IMG/VR virus record: IMGVR_UViG_3300002131_000090
Span: 82,633-146,632 of that record
Reading direction: 5' to 3' (one strand)
DNA from: a virus
Length of the DNA: 64,000 nucleotides
The notes below the pieces were generated by a model. The model did not search any database, was not told the DNA's origin, and saw only the letters and a program-made list of their open reading frames with translations. The stretch's first letter is position 1. Each line of letters begins with the position of its first letter. The position numbers and the translations under genes were made by a program. Below, in pieces: positions 1-10,945 of this stretch.

Positions 1-329
1 TTAGTTTTTTCTGCAATTAGATTACTTATAGTTGATTCAACTAAATCTTGTCTTAATATAGATATTATATACCAATTGTTATTTAAAAACGCAGTTTTGT
101 CAGCATCCGATAATCTTTTGTTGATGTTAGAAAAATGGTCTTTACACACGTTATTAGGAGTTCTTTTAATTGTTTTAATAATACGTTTTATATATTTTTG
201 AGAATAGCTTTCCATATGTTCGTAATTAAACGGCTCGGGGTATTTTTTAAATTTTATATTAGAATTTACAAACATATTTAGTAAATATGTGCTACCTGTT
301 CTAGACTGAGAAACAATTAAAATATTCAC
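1..329 (-). CDS. PAPS-dependent sulfotransferase (Stf0-like), truncated by window edge
   Basis: Not in the ORF track. GTG at 329-327 overlaps the TGA of the upstream gene (GTGA); frame is open to base 1: MNILIVSQSRTGSTYLLNMF...PEPFN...ILRQDLVESTISNLIAEKT. RTGST is the 5'-PAPS-binding loop and R-x7-S the 3'-phosphate-binding motif. Confidence 0.75.
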   Translation of the reverse strand, partial: MNILIVSQSRTGSTYLLNMFVNSNIKFKKYPEPFNYEHMESYSQKYIKRIIKTIKRTPNNVCKDHFSNINKRLSDADKTAFLNNNWYIISILRQDLVESTISNLIAEKT

Positions 330-1171
330 TTAAATCCGATCCTCATAAATCTTGTATACTTCTCTAGTTCTAGACTTCCTTCATATAATACATTATTTAG
401 AGGAGTTTGTCTACTGAAATTGTTAAGATCTGCACTGCAATTTACGTGTTCGTTAACTTCAAAGTAGTTATTACTTTGCAATACTATTAGTACGTTATAA
501 GGAAGTTTGTCATACCATTCTGCAAAATTTGGAATGTGTTCACAACTTGTATTAATAATAGTATTAGGCTTGTCTGTTATCGGATAACTCATTCTGTTGT
601 TAGCATTACTCCAATATTGCCAAGTATGTTCATTATAGTCTATATCCATAATGTCTTGAGTTAATGATTTAAAACGCCATTGATCAGTAAACCACGGAGC
701 ATTAAATACTTCTGCAATATTAACACAAGTAGGATCAATATCAAAACTTCTAATTTTATCTATTCTAAGATTTTTTTCAAATAACATTGTAGCAAGTGTA
801 GCATACCATCCTGCACAAAGAAATACTGTTCCTAAATAAGGATTAATTCTTTTAAGTTCTTTAACTAGCCATAGTTTACTTTGTAGCTGTCCTCTACTAA
901 AACAGTCATTCCATATTTCTGTTTTATTTACAAAAAAGTTTTTAAATGCTGCGGTAAATTGTGTATCAACATAGCGATCTAACATAGGCCATAGTTTCCA
1001 AGTATTATCTTCCATAATCAATTTGCGAAGATCATCTTTATTTTCATCTGTAATTATTCTAAAGATACTATGTAAATCGTGATCAATATATGCTCTACGC
1101 AAATCAGTTAACTTACTATTAGTTGGATATAATAACTCAAATCTATCCAATAGTTCAAATGTTTGAAGCAT
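326..1171 (-). CDS. class I SAM-dependent methyltransferase-like protein
   Basis: Rossmann MTase-like motifs VFLCAGWYA (motif I variant), RSFDIDP (motif II), IINTSCEH. Confidence 0.55.
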   Translation of the reverse strand: MLQTFELLDRFELLYPTNSKLTDLRRAYIDHDLHSIFRIITDENKDDLRKLIMEDNTWKLWPMLDRYVDTQFTAAFKNFFVNKTEIWNDCFSRGQLQSKLWLVKELKRINPYLGTVFLCAGWYATLATMLFEKNLRIDKIRSFDIDPTCVNIAEVFNAPWFTDQWRFKSLTQDIMDIDYNEHTWQYWSNANNRMSYPITDKPNTIINTSCEHIPNFAEWYDKLPYNVLIVLQSNNYFEVNEHVNCSADLNNFSRQTPLNNVLYEGSLELEKYTRFMRIGFK

Positions 1172-2498
1172 AAAACTGTTCCTTTAACCAATCAAAATCA
1201 TTTATTAATCGTAATGCGTCTGTATTGCCTTTATTAGATTCACCGTATTTTCTGCCAAAATTAGCACCACTAATCGCTAAATCGCCAAACGTTCTGTCAT
1301 TACCTAACGTACACCACGTGTTAAGTCTAATATAAGTTTCCTCTTGTTTTTGTCTATCAATAATATTACTGCTTAACTTGACACACTCTCTAAAAGCACT
1401 CTTCCACGTATTAAATGGGTCTGTATTAAATGCTGTGATATTAGATACAACATCTACAGTTCTAAATCGGTTGCTTATGCTAGTTGTCATATCAGGTTTG
1501 GTAATATCCATGTTGATTGTTAAATCACGTGGAAATAATTTTATACCACCATATCCATAAACAAGATCATTTATTGGATTTTGACTTCTCCATACATGAA
1601 CAATGTCTTTTTCCCAACGGTGGACCTTGAAATCAAAATCAAAATCATCTACTATTTCGGCATCACCGTCAACAATCCAAAACATGTCAGTATCACACAA
1701 CTTTGCAGCAGCAATATGTGCCTGATGTATACCCTTTACTCCATGTACTCGTTTGGCATCTGGTCTTTTTTCTAAAAGTCTATTATAGTTAACGTCTGCA
1801 TTAGGTTCTTGATAACTGATAAACACTACATCATAAGGCTTAGGAATACTTCCTATAACATTAATTTCTTTTCTATTTACAAGATGCTTAAACTCTATTT
1901 CTTTTTGTGTCACAGGTTTGTGCTTACTTAATAACCAAAGTCCGTTGTAAAGATCCTCGTCATCTTCTCTATGTATAAATGCGTGATTTTCATTTCTGTC
2001 ATAGTTATCGTGATGCGATATATAAAACTGTTCAAAGATTTCTTGACTGACTAGGACATTTTTACTTGCAGTCCAAAACATTTCAGTAGTAGTATTTTCT
2101 AACGCATCTAGATAGTCTTTATACGAATCAACTAGAAATAAGTCAAATGTCTTTGGAGTACTAGCAAGTATGTCTACTTGTTTCTTTTTTACAAAAAATC
2201 TATGATTTATTTCGTTGTCTGTTATTATTGCATGTTTAGGTACTAAACAAACACCGTCATACGAATCTTTATTTAAAAATATATGTATGTATTCTTTACT
2301 CCAGTCATCTGGAATATAATCAAAATCAAAAGATTGTAAAACTACAATGTCATCCCACACTGCCCAAAAGAAATCAGTTAGACAAACTTTTTGTGCTTGT
2401 CTAAATGTTTTTGCATGTTTAGAGATAGGGTAGCGTTTTTTAAATTCTTTGTAATTTGTATCTAAAGGATTTGCAGAAATAAAAATAATATCATACAT
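1155..2498 (-). CDS. GT-A fold (GT2-like) glycosyltransferase with internal repeats
   Basis: YDVVFISYQEPNA...AHIAAAKLCDTDMFWIVDGD (DxD); paralog of 12986-13909. Confidence 0.6.
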   Translation of the reverse strand: MYDIIFISANPLDTNYKEFKKRYPISKHAKTFRQAQKVCLTDFFWAVWDDIVVLQSFDFDYIPDDWSKEYIHIFLNKDSYDGVCLVPKHAIITDNEINHRFFVKKKQVDILASTPKTFDLFLVDSYKDYLDALENTTTEMFWTASKNVLVSQEIFEQFYISHHDNYDRNENHAFIHREDDEDLYNGLWLLSKHKPVTQKEIEFKHLVNRKEINVIGSIPKPYDVVFISYQEPNADVNYNRLLEKRPDAKRVHGVKGIHQAHIAAAKLCDTDMFWIVDGDAEIVDDFDFDFKVHRWEKDIVHVWRSQNPINDLVYGYGGIKLFPRDLTINMDITKPDMTTSISNRFRTVDVVSNITAFNTDPFNTWKSAFRECVKLSSNIIDRQKQEETYIRLNTWCTLGNDRTFGDLAISGANFGRKYGESNKGNTDALRLINDFDWLKEQFYASNI

Positions 2499-2500
2499 AA

Positions 2501-4021
2501 TTATTTTCCAATGCTTTTATATACATTGTACAACTCAGGAAACGTATTTCTAAAAGATGTGTTTCTTCTAAAATCGTGTTGATCTAAATACTTTACAAAA
2601 TTCAATTCGTTTGTCTTTACTTCTTCGGTTGAGATAGTACTTCTATCTAAGAATATTTTTAAATTGCGTTCTGCTTTTTCAATTTCAAAATCATAAAATC
2701 CAACAAAATTATCAGTGTCAATATTTTCTTTCATAAAGTCTATTGCGCTCTGAATGTACGTAGCATACTCAACAGGCAGCACATGTATATTTTGCCACTC
2801 TGGTTTACGCATAATTGGAATATCAAACCATATGCGCTGACGAGGATGTATCTCATAATCGGGATGAGTATTGTAAGGATCTACAATAGGAATATGTTTT
2901 ATACCTTGGTTTGATCTGCTGTATTGATTTCTAAGATTTAAAATATTTTGTAGATATTCTTTAAACTTTGGTATGCTTAATGCATTAAATGTATTAATAA
3001 ATGTTACAGTTGTATTTGCAGTTTCATCTAGCACTCTTTGTACATTCTTTTGCATAAGATTGTAATTCAATCCTGTACGTATGTATTCTGCTTGTTCTCC
3101 AACACTGTCTACACTTACAAACAACGCAAAATTCTTTAATGCCATGTTTACATACCAGTTGTTTCCAGACCCAGGATTAAATCGTTTCTTATCTTCCCAT
3201 ATCTGAATTTGTTCTAGTTTTTTAAGTTTTTCTATAAACTTATCCATAAGTTCCTCACGCGGAGGACACATATTTGTAGTAACACTAAGTTCTAACCAAG
3301 TGTTTGGATTTTCGTAAATGTAATCTAATACTTTAAATGTGTTTACATCCATCAACGGTTCGCCGCCGGTAATTCTAAACACTTCTAATTTTGTGTACAA
3401 AGTAGGCCACCAACGCCAGAACGCATCAAGATAAGGATTGTCACTTTGTTTAGTTTTTAAAGGCATTAACCCTTGTGCTTCTAATGCAGCAATATTGTTA
3501 TGTCCGATTGTATTTCCGTATGTATCAAGAATCTTAAAATCGCCATATTGCTTTATTTCATCTTCCCAAGCTGTACTAAGATGAGGACTGCAATACATAC
3601 ATTTTAAATTACACGCTTGGTTAAAGTTGACTTCCATGTATCGAGGAATGATATTTCCTGTATCAAGTGCATCAATAATATCGCCGCGACTGTTTTGCGC
3701 CCAGTATTCTCCAGATCTATAAATTCTATCACTACGATTTTTGTTATCTTCAATCTTCCAACAATAACTGCAACCGTCTGGTCTTACACCAGCAAGCATT
3801 TGTTTTCTTTCTGCTTTCTTTTGCTGTGTATTATGCAATGCACTTGGGTTTGTTTTAATTTCTGCTAAGTCTACTTTGTGCAACGGCGGATGATAACAAC
3901 TATGTGTCATTCCATTAGTTAAGTGCATTGACACTTGACTCCATTTAGCATAACACATAGTTGGACTAATTCTTTTTAATTGAGTTTCTGCAATATCTGC
4001 AGAATTTTTATAAATGCTCAC
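2501..4021 (-). CDS. radical SAM enzyme with N-terminal twitch/SPASM-like domain
   Basis: CNLKCMYC (CxxxCxxC), ITGGEPL, N-terminal CYAKW...HSCYH...CSYC auxiliary cluster ligands. Confidence 0.85.
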   Translation of the reverse strand: MSIYKNSADIAETQLKRISPTMCYAKWSQVSMHLTNGMTHSCYHPPLHKVDLAEIKTNPSALHNTQQKKAERKQMLAGVRPDGCSYCWKIEDNKNRSDRIYRSGEYWAQNSRGDIIDALDTGNIIPRYMEVNFNQACNLKCMYCSPHLSTAWEDEIKQYGDFKILDTYGNTIGHNNIAALEAQGLMPLKTKQSDNPYLDAFWRWWPTLYTKLEVFRITGGEPLMDVNTFKVLDYIYENPNTWLELSVTTNMCPPREELMDKFIEKLKKLEQIQIWEDKKRFNPGSGNNWYVNMALKNFALFVSVDSVGEQAEYIRTGLNYNLMQKNVQRVLDETANTTVTFINTFNALSIPKFKEYLQNILNLRNQYSRSNQGIKHIPIVDPYNTHPDYEIHPRQRIWFDIPIMRKPEWQNIHVLPVEYATYIQSAIDFMKENIDTDNFVGFYDFEIEKAERNLKIFLDRSTISTEEVKTNELNFVKYLDQHDFRRNTSFRNTFPELYNVYKSIGK

Positions 4022-5245
4022 TTAGCTATACTCGCGTTCTAATTTATCGTGGTCAAATAATTTGTCGACCCATAAAAAGTTATCTTTAAAAATTACATCA
4101 TTGTGTTGTTGTATAAAGAGCTCGCGATTATGTTTTGTAATTACCGAAAGTCTAGTGTTTAAATTTGCAAATTTTAGCGGATTTAACATTGCTAATCTTT
4201 CAAACTCATTTGCAATTGCTTGTAGTCTTTTATCATCATCTTCTATTTCGTCATAGCTTTCATCAATTAACGGGCTAAATGTTTTATACCCTTGCTCTCT
4301 TAATTCTTTCATAAAATAAGGAGTTGTAAAGGCAATAAACGGTCTATTTGCTGACATTGCTTTCCACGTTTTCTCTGTAGGAAATGATGGAGCAAACTCT
4401 TGTATCGGTATTGACTGACGTAGTCCTTTGTATGTCCAAAAAGGATCATAATGTGATTCAATTAAAAGGTGAATATTTCCGGACTGTATAAGGTTATAAG
4501 TTTGCATATCCATTTTGTTAGTAATACAATTTTCAGCTTTTACATCATTCACAAAGTAATCACTCATTGTATAAGGAATGTTACCTATCCATTTTTTTAT
4601 CTTTTTAGAGTTACTATCATATCCTAGATCAGCTGCATCTTGAAGCATTTGTTCTTCTGATATAATTTTTAAACCGCCATATGGCAAGATATTGTTGAAC
4701 GTATAATTAAACTGACTCACTATACTTCTATTAACTAATTCTAAATATATGTTAGTTCTATACAAATTGTAATTTCTTGATAGTGCAGTAAATCGATGCT
4801 TAGGTTTAATATTATCATCAATTATTGCTGTTCGTTTTAACAATAACGAAAATGCTTGTATATTTGGAATATTAGGCATTCTTTCTAAGAACTTTTTTTC
4901 AGCCCAAGTTTTCCAAAATTCATTTAAAACTACTATGTATACTTGCTTTGGATTTATTTTTTGAGCTAATATTGTACGAGCCCAATCAGTTAATTCACTC
5001 AAACTAAAATATTCATCGCCAAAGAACAATAGGATTTTTGCAGTTGAATCTGTTTTAATATGATCCCAATGCGTGTCGTCAATAAAATTATTAAAAGATT
5101 GATTGTACAATACTCTGTCGTGCTGGTCGTACCAATAAACGGCATCTTTTTCATATGTTGCGTGATCAAGATGCTTCATGTTTTCATGTTTAAAGAGATG
5201 ATGAAGCCCGGGCTTTTTTTCAAGTATTCTACTATATATTATCAT
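4022..5245 (-). CDS. putative glycosyltransferase (GT10-like TEK motif)
   Basis: LIESHY...FPTEKTWKAMSANRPFI...GYKTFSPLIDESYD; start moved to ATG 5245, which forms a TAATG overlap with the upstream stop; paralog of 7899-9245. Confidence 0.45.
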   Translation of the reverse strand: MIIYSRILEKKPGLHHLFKHENMKHLDHATYEKDAVYWYDQHDRVLYNQSFNNFIDDTHWDHIKTDSTAKILLFFGDEYFSLSELTDWARTILAQKINPKQVYIVVLNEFWKTWAEKKFLERMPNIPNIQAFSLLLKRTAIIDDNIKPKHRFTALSRNYNLYRTNIYLELVNRSIVSQFNYTFNNILPYGGLKIISEEQMLQDAADLGYDSNSKKIKKWIGNIPYTMSDYFVNDVKAENCITNKMDMQTYNLIQSGNIHLLIESHYDPFWTYKGLRQSIPIQEFAPSFPTEKTWKAMSANRPFIAFTTPYFMKELREQGYKTFSPLIDESYDEIEDDDKRLQAIANEFERLAMLNPLKFANLNTRLSVITKHNRELFIQQHNDVIFKDNFLWVDKLFDHDKLEREYS

Positions 5246-5952
5246 TATTTTTGATCTCTTTTGTCGTACGGTTGGGTTGTTACAGGATCGACCCAATATA
5301 AACTTCTGTGCGGCATATCATCTGTTTTGTACTGAGAATCACTTGTATAATAAAATAATCTAAAAGTTGTACGTTGTAAGTCTTCCGGACAAGTCAACGG
5401 TTCTTTGTATCCGTGAAATCCTAATTTATGGTATTGCCAAATTACTGCTCTGTTGAATACACAATCAATTGCGTTTACAAGATTGTTATTTTTAAAATCA
5501 TAAAATCCTAGTGCGCCTCCCCAATCAGGATTCCATTCTGGAGTAAGATAAACAATAAACGATAATGCTCTGTGTAATTTTAATTTTTCATTCCAGTTAA
5601 AGTCAGTGTGAACTTTTAGAGAATCATTTTTAAAACTTTTGCTGTAACCTGCACCTGTTAAATACGGATCCGGAATCAAGCTACCAATACCGGTTAGTTC
5701 TTCTAACCATAATAGCATTTTAGGACTATGCATATACTCTACAAACTTTGATGCAATTGGTAGTACTGTTAAGTCTTTACATTCCTTCATATAACTTTTA
5801 TTTCTAGTAAATTCAGACCAGTGAGTATCATCAACTGTACGAGTTTCGTTGTACATACTTTTAGCAAAATCTATATCTAAAAAGTTATCTACACAAGCTG
5901 TTGGTACAGGGTCGTTAAATTTTGTTATATTTAAATTATTTGATAAACTCAT
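5245..5952 (-). CDS. 2OG-Fe(II) oxygenase (prolyl-4-hydroxylase-like)
   Basis: HTD...H...R facial triad pattern: LKVHTDFN, YLTPEWNPDWGG, FNRAVI, GFHG, RTTFRLFYY. Confidence 0.85.
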   Translation of the reverse strand: MSLSNNLNITKFNDPVPTACVDNFLDIDFAKSMYNETRTVDDTHWSEFTRNKSYMKECKDLTVLPIASKFVEYMHSPKMLLWLEELTGIGSLIPDPYLTGAGYSKSFKNDSLKVHTDFNWNEKLKLHRALSFIVYLTPEWNPDWGGALGFYDFKNNNLVNAIDCVFNRAVIWQYHKLGFHGYKEPLTCPEDLQRTTFRLFYYTSDSQYKTDDMPHRSLYWVDPVTTQPYDKRDQK

Positions 5953-5970
5953 GATGCATCCTTTAAATAG

Positions 5971-5998
5971 ATTATAACAGCTAGATATTATTTGTCAA
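5971..5998 (-). promoter_or_regulatory. sigma70-type promoter TTGACA-N16-TATAAT with extended -10 (TGn)
   Basis: Perfect consensus hexamers on the minus strand just upstream of the oxygenase ATG. Confidence 0.75.
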
Positions 5999-6911
5999 GC
6001 AGTTTCTTGTGTATATACTCTGCTACACGACAATGGTCTAAGTGTCCTGGATGTATTAAGTCTCGTGCATCGCATGTAAATTTAAAATAAGTTGATCTTG
6101 CAAAACGTGCTGCTGCTGGAAAGTACGAAAACTCAACTAACGGTACTCTGTCTTTACACAGTTGTTTAAATGATTTTGCTGTATAGTATGTTAACATGTT
6201 TTCGTTGTATATGTCTGTGTTTCTATATTGATATAATTTTAATAGTGTTTCTTCTCGTTTACCATTTACATTAAAGGCATTCCATAATCCAATTTGCCAA
6301 TATCCTTCAAATTCAAAATAACGAAAACGATCGCAAGCTGTCCAATTAACTGCAATTGCATGTGGACGATCAAATCTTTCTAATAACAATGCTGCTGTAT
6401 GAAGTAGTAATTCGTTTGATGCACTAGGTATGCCCAAGTTTACAACCTGGCGACCTGTTAATTGTTCTAATTCATATGCTATTGTTTCGTCATCCGAAAC
6501 TCCAACACCAAATGTATTCGAGCATCCAATTAGAACAATAGCATCCTTCCAATTTACATCTTTCCACTCATAAGTTCTAAAACCGTTAGAGTTTAACTTA
6601 TATGTTACTTTCTTATTTCTATACTTCCAATCCGGAGGCATTTTTTTTAGACTTTCTTGTAATGATGTAATTGAATCAGTATTACTATACTCGTCTGGGT
6701 TGATTCCATTCTCAGGAGTAAATCTCCATAATTTAAAATCAAAAGGCAGTAACGGATCCATTGCATACTCAGGAAACGTCGATTGATCTTTAACTAGTTC
6801 AATTATGTCACCGTCAAGAATTCTTTGTAGTCGTTGTTCTTGACGTACTTGAGCTTTTGCTTCGAGTCGTTGTGTTTTTGCTTCGAGTTCAGATAATCTT
6901 GATTTTTTCAT
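5988..6911 (-). CDS. SGNH/GDSL-fold protein (acyltransferase/esterase-like)
   Basis: IGCSNTFG (block I), NLGIPSASN (block II), DLIHPG (block V). Confidence 0.6.
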   Translation of the reverse strand: MKKSRLSELEAKTQRLEAKAQVRQEQRLQRILDGDIIELVKDQSTFPEYAMDPLLPFDFKLWRFTPENGINPDEYSNTDSITSLQESLKKMPPDWKYRNKKVTYKLNSNGFRTYEWKDVNWKDAIVLIGCSNTFGVGVSDDETIAYELEQLTGRQVVNLGIPSASNELLLHTAALLLERFDRPHAIAVNWTACDRFRYFEFEGYWQIGLWNAFNVNGKREETLLKLYQYRNTDIYNENMLTYYTAKSFKQLCKDRVPLVEFSYFPAAARFARSTYFKFTCDARDLIHPGHLDHCRVAEYIHKKLLDK

Positions 6912-7933
6912 TGTAGACTTAATATGTGATTATGTAAATATTTAGCAAACAAATCATGTGCTTTTTCTCCAGGGTGAGCACACGGTGTAATCCATCCATT
7001 TGGAGACCTGTTTCCTAAAAATTGGAAATAGTAATCAGTCCTATCTTCTACATCAGGTTCTTGCGATAATGCTAATTCTGCAAAAGTTTTCTTGTTAGCA
7101 GGAGAAAACATCAATCTCCAAGGAAACTGATTTAATAACTTTCTACTGTGCTTAGGATCCCACGACGGCTTTAACTCTACAGGTATTGTATTATTGTAGT
7201 CGTCTGCTCTTCTTACATCTTGTTTTAATATGTATTCAAAATAGTCTTTGTCGTACCTTTTATCAAACCCAGGAGTGATAATTAACTTAGCATTATTGTG
7301 TGCTGTACACCACGATAATAATTCTTGAACATGTCCAATTTGTTCAAGAACTCCAAACTTTTCGCTCCATAAATTTTTTCCGTAACCTTCCCAAAGAGTT
7401 CTTCTGTCAGACGGTTCCATACTTTCGTAATGAGGCCACATACAAACCCATCTAAAATGATCGTCGCATGTATCGTTAATAAAGTCAAATCTTTCAAGGC
7501 CGCTTGGCATGTATACTACAATAACTTCTTTTGCAAGACTCCACCTAATATCAGGATGAAAATAAAGTTCTTTAATCGAGCCGCGATTGCCGCAGCCTCT
7601 AAGTCCGAGATTTATTGGAGTATATGTATGATTAAAGTATCTGTTACATAGTATATTTACAAATGAATTTGCATATTCTAAAAAGGTAAAATCAATGCTG
7701 CCGTCTTTTGCCCTTTTTGTAGCGGGATATTGTTTTAATATTCGTTTAACGTCTTTATCCGTTAGCGTAGGTTTTAACGATGCTCCTTCGCCTTTGTATT
7801 CCCATTCAAAGTTATCATACAAGGTATCGTTAATTGCACCCTGTCCTTGTACAAAGGAACACCCGATTGATATTATTGCTTTACCTGTTTTTTTTAAACT
7901 ATCGTTTATTTCTTCGACTTGAGAATTGTACAT
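6908..7933 (-). CDS. SGNH/GDSL-fold protein
   Basis: IGCSFVQG, NLGLRGCGN, CAHPGEKAH. Confidence 0.6.
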   Translation of the reverse strand: MYNSQVEEINDSLKKTGKAIISIGCSFVQGQGAINDTLYDNFEWEYKGEGASLKPTLTDKDVKRILKQYPATKRAKDGSIDFTFLEYANSFVNILCNRYFNHTYTPINLGLRGCGNRGSIKELYFHPDIRWSLAKEVIVVYMPSGLERFDFINDTCDDHFRWVCMWPHYESMEPSDRRTLWEGYGKNLWSEKFGVLEQIGHVQELLSWCTAHNNAKLIITPGFDKRYDKDYFEYILKQDVRRADDYNNTIPVELKPSWDPKHSRKLLNQFPWRLMFSPANKKTFAELALSQEPDVEDRTDYYFQFLGNRSPNGWITPCAHPGEKAHDLFAKYLHNHILSLQ

Positions 7934-9245
7934 CGTTTTCCTTAAAATGATTTGTCAACATGTTAACTGCAGGACTGACAGTTACTCTAGTATTTAACAA
8001 GGTATTACTATTGTGAATTAATATTGATTTTAGTCCTTTAAATAACTCAAACTTTTCATCGTTGTTCATAGCGTTCAAACGTTTTAATTCTGTAATTATT
8101 GCATACAAACGATCCCATGTTTCTAGTTCATCATATGCTTCGTTTATAAAAGGATGAAATGTTTTGTAACCAAGTTCCTTAAGGTGTTTTAACGAATGTC
8201 GATTTCCAAACATAATAAAAGGATGATTACATGCTATTGTTTTAAATGTTTTTTCACTTAAAAAACAAGTATTTGTATTGTCACTGTAGTGTGCTTCGCT
8301 GATTACACTTAACCAAGTGTCTAGTGTAATTTGTTCGTTAAAGTTAGTTAAGTAATTTCCACAATCGCTGTCTGCAAACCCTTCTACATTTTCTGCATTA
8401 GGAGGGGTCATAGGCATCAATGGCAACAACTTTTTATAAAGATCGTGCCCAACTTCTTTTCCGTCCATATGAGAATAAAGTTGTGCAAAATGATTCATAC
8501 TATTAATATTGTTGTTTAGCAAGTCTGCATTATATAGACAACTAAAGAGATGCGCCCTGTGATTTCTTGGTCTTTTTTGTAAACAATTAAAAGTTTTAAT
8601 ATTTGCTAAGTTGCTTTCTTTATATCTTTTTTGCTGTTTAAAAGAAGGCACCCCTTGACGATATGCTATTTCAGCCATTGATGATTCAAAGTGCGGATAT
8701 GGTATAACTAAGATACGGCTACTGTGTACATGTATAGTTGCCCATTCGTCATATTGCTCTTTACTTGCCATGTTTCCAGTGACATATATTACTTGCTTAG
8801 GATCAATTTTATATTCTGTACACTGATCATGAAACCATTGCCATTGCCATGTTTCTTGATAACCTTCATGTGATTGATCTAATAATAAAAATGCCTTTCC
8901 AGATTGTAAGTCTTCTAAATAGATTGGATTTAACCAATAAAACACCGACTGCTGGTTCATTGAAAATGCTTTGCTGTTTGAATAATTTTTAAAGCCGCCG
9001 GACCAGTTATCCGGAGAATGTGCAACTCCTGATGAAAGAATATAGTTAAATCCTTTAGACGGTCTATTTTTTGAAACTACTATATCATCTAGCAACCCAT
9101 CTACGTCTTGCCCTAATCTTATAAGATGTAATAATAAAGGAGTGGCTGTAAATCTTTTTATGCCAGAGCTATTAGTATCACCGCATTTTACAAAATTTAA
9201 AAATACGTTTGTTTTTTCTTCTATTTCTTCAAACATAAAATACAT
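7899..9245 (-). CDS. putative glycosyltransferase (GT10-like SEK motif)
   Basis: VISEAHY...FLSEKTFKTIACNHPFI...GYKTFHPFINEAYD; paralog of 4022-5245. Confidence 0.45.
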   Translation of the reverse strand: MYFMFEEIEEKTNVFLNFVKCGDTNSSGIKRFTATPLLLHLIRLGQDVDGLLDDIVVSKNRPSKGFNYILSSGVAHSPDNWSGGFKNYSNSKAFSMNQQSVFYWLNPIYLEDLQSGKAFLLLDQSHEGYQETWQWQWFHDQCTEYKIDPKQVIYVTGNMASKEQYDEWATIHVHSSRILVIPYPHFESSMAEIAYRQGVPSFKQQKRYKESNLANIKTFNCLQKRPRNHRAHLFSCLYNADLLNNNINSMNHFAQLYSHMDGKEVGHDLYKKLLPLMPMTPPNAENVEGFADSDCGNYLTNFNEQITLDTWLSVISEAHYSDNTNTCFLSEKTFKTIACNHPFIMFGNRHSLKHLKELGYKTFHPFINEAYDELETWDRLYAIITELKRLNAMNNDEKFELFKGLKSILIHNSNTLLNTRVTVSPAVNMLTNHFKENDVQFSSRRNKR

Positions 9246-10247
9246 TTAAATTAATCTTTCCTTCCAGGTTCTTGGAGTTTTAGAGTTTACTATTTCTAAA
9301 GGAAACGTATAATCAAACGGTTTGGTGCCGCGCTTTTTGATATAATCGATTGTACGTTCAACTGCTGTTTCTAAATCTGTTGTTGTTTTATAGTTTAATA
9401 CTTGTCTTGCTTTGTCTGCACTACATGTTGCATGTTTAACTTCTTGTGGTCTGTCATCTACATGTATCGGTTGTAAGTTACAACCGGTTTTGTTAGCTAT
9501 TAAATTTGCCAAATCTTTAACTGTAATTGTTCCTTCATCTGGTCCGATGTTTATTATTTGTCCTACAATATCGTTGTCTAATATAAGTTTTTCAAGACAC
9601 TGTATACAATCGTCTACATAACTAAAGCATCGTGTTTGTAAACCATCGCCATATATAATAGCAGGCTTACCTTGTAAATTTCTGTTTATCATAATGCTCA
9701 TTACGTTTCTAAACGGATCGTCATAGCGTTGTCTTGGCCCTACAATGTTGTGAGGTACTGCTATATTCCATTCCATTCCGTGCGTATCACTTAGCATACG
9801 CAATGTATCTTCGCCTGCTACTTTTGCAATGCCATATGGATCTACAGGCATAGGCTTCATATCTTCGGTAAACGGAGTTTGTTGATTTCCATAACGTGCC
9901 ATACTAGAGCAATATACAAAGCGTCTTACTTTATTTTCTAATGCTGCACTAATTGTAGAGACTGTTGCTTGAAACACGTTTTTAGTAATAAAGTCGGGGC
10001 TTACTACACTTAGACCTTCGTGTGCTGTTGCAGCAGTATGTATTACAACATCGACATTTTTCATTATGTCTGCCATACGTTCTCTGTTGCAGCAATCTAC
10101 TTTGTAAAGTGTTGCTTTATGATTTACGTTATCTTCATACCCACCAATTAAGGTATCATTACCTAATACGTCGTGTCCTAAATTAATCATTCGATCGGCT
10201 AAATGGCTTCCTAGAAAGCCTGCTATACCTGTTATAAAAATTCGCAT
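9246..10247 (-). CDS. NAD-dependent NDP-sugar epimerase/dehydratase (extended SDR)
   Basis: [12 protein letters not shown] (GxxGxxG), SSMARYG, PYGIAK (YxxxK), [22 protein letters not shown]. Confidence 0.92.
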   Translation of the reverse strand: MRIFITGIAGFLGSHLADRMINLGHDVLGNDTLIGGYEDNVNHKATLYKVDCCNRERMADIMKNVDVVIHTAATAHEGLSVVSPDFITKNVFQATVSTISAALENKVRRFVYCSSMARYGNQQTPFTEDMKPMPVDPYGIAKVAGEDTLRMLSDTHGMEWNIAVPHNIVGPRQRYDDPFRNVMSIMINRNLQGKPAIIYGDGLQTRCFSYVDDCIQCLEKLILDNDIVGQIINIGPDEGTITVKDLANLIANKTGCNLQPIHVDDRPQEVKHATCSADKARQVLNYKTTTDLETAVERTIDYIKKRGTKPFDYTFPLEIVNSKTPRTWKERLI

Positions 10248-10936
10248 ATTCTCTCCGCAAAATAACTATGTGCTGTTTCTGAAGGATGGAATCTAGGCAT
10301 AATCCATCCGTTAAGTTCAGGAAACTTTTTATCTGTAAAATGCATTTCCATCATGGAAAGCTCTGCTGTTGAGCCTGCTTGTTTTACTGTCCAATCAAAG
10401 AAGTTAGAACATCCGTCAATAGTTAAAAATCTATCCCATTCAACTGAATTAACAAAGTTACTATTAATAATTTTATAGAAATATTCTTTATTATATTCTC
10501 GTGTAAATGCAGGAAACATAATAAGGTTATGTCCATTAGCTTTACAAAAATTTTGAATATTAACAATGCTTACAATTGCATTTAAAACTTCTGTTTTTGC
10601 CGAAACAAAAAAAGACAAAGCCTTTTCAAGATTTACAAGTTCAACAGAACCAATGTTAACAGGTGAAGTATGCGGAAAGACATGCTCAAAGCCGTTGCCG
10701 TCGCGTCTAAATAAGTCAACTCTGTTCATACCAGTCGGCATAAAAATTACTGTAGAATTACTAGGAATGTCTGCCATTAGTACTCGCGTTACTGCACCTG
10801 CATTACCGGATGATTCTTCTCCCAAGTTAATACCGCCAAGGCAATCTATAAAGGACTTGCCTTTTTCAATTTCTGCACCTTGCACAAAAGAACACCCAGT
10901 GCCGATAATTATTTTATTAAGTTTACGTTTTTTCAT
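10232..10936 (-). CDS. SGNH/GDSL-fold protein
   Basis: [26 protein letters not shown]. Confidence 0.55.
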   Translation of the reverse strand: MKKRKLNKIIIGTGCSFVQGAEIEKGKSFIDCLGGINLGEESSGNAGAVTRVLMADIPSNSTVIFMPTGMNRVDLFRRDGNGFEHVFPHTSPVNIGSVELVNLEKALSFFVSAKTEVLNAIVSIVNIQNFCKANGHNLIMFPAFTREYNKEYFYKIINSNFVNSVEWDRFLTIDGCSNFFDWTVKQAGSTAELSMMEMHFTDKKFPELNGWIMPRFHPSETAHSYFAERICEFL

Positions 10937-10945
10937 ATTGCGTTT

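Noticed and set aside
5246-5296. Longer N-terminus of ORF 4022-5296
   Set aside because: Overlaps the oxygenase by about 50 nt; ATG 5245 gives a standard TAATG coupling
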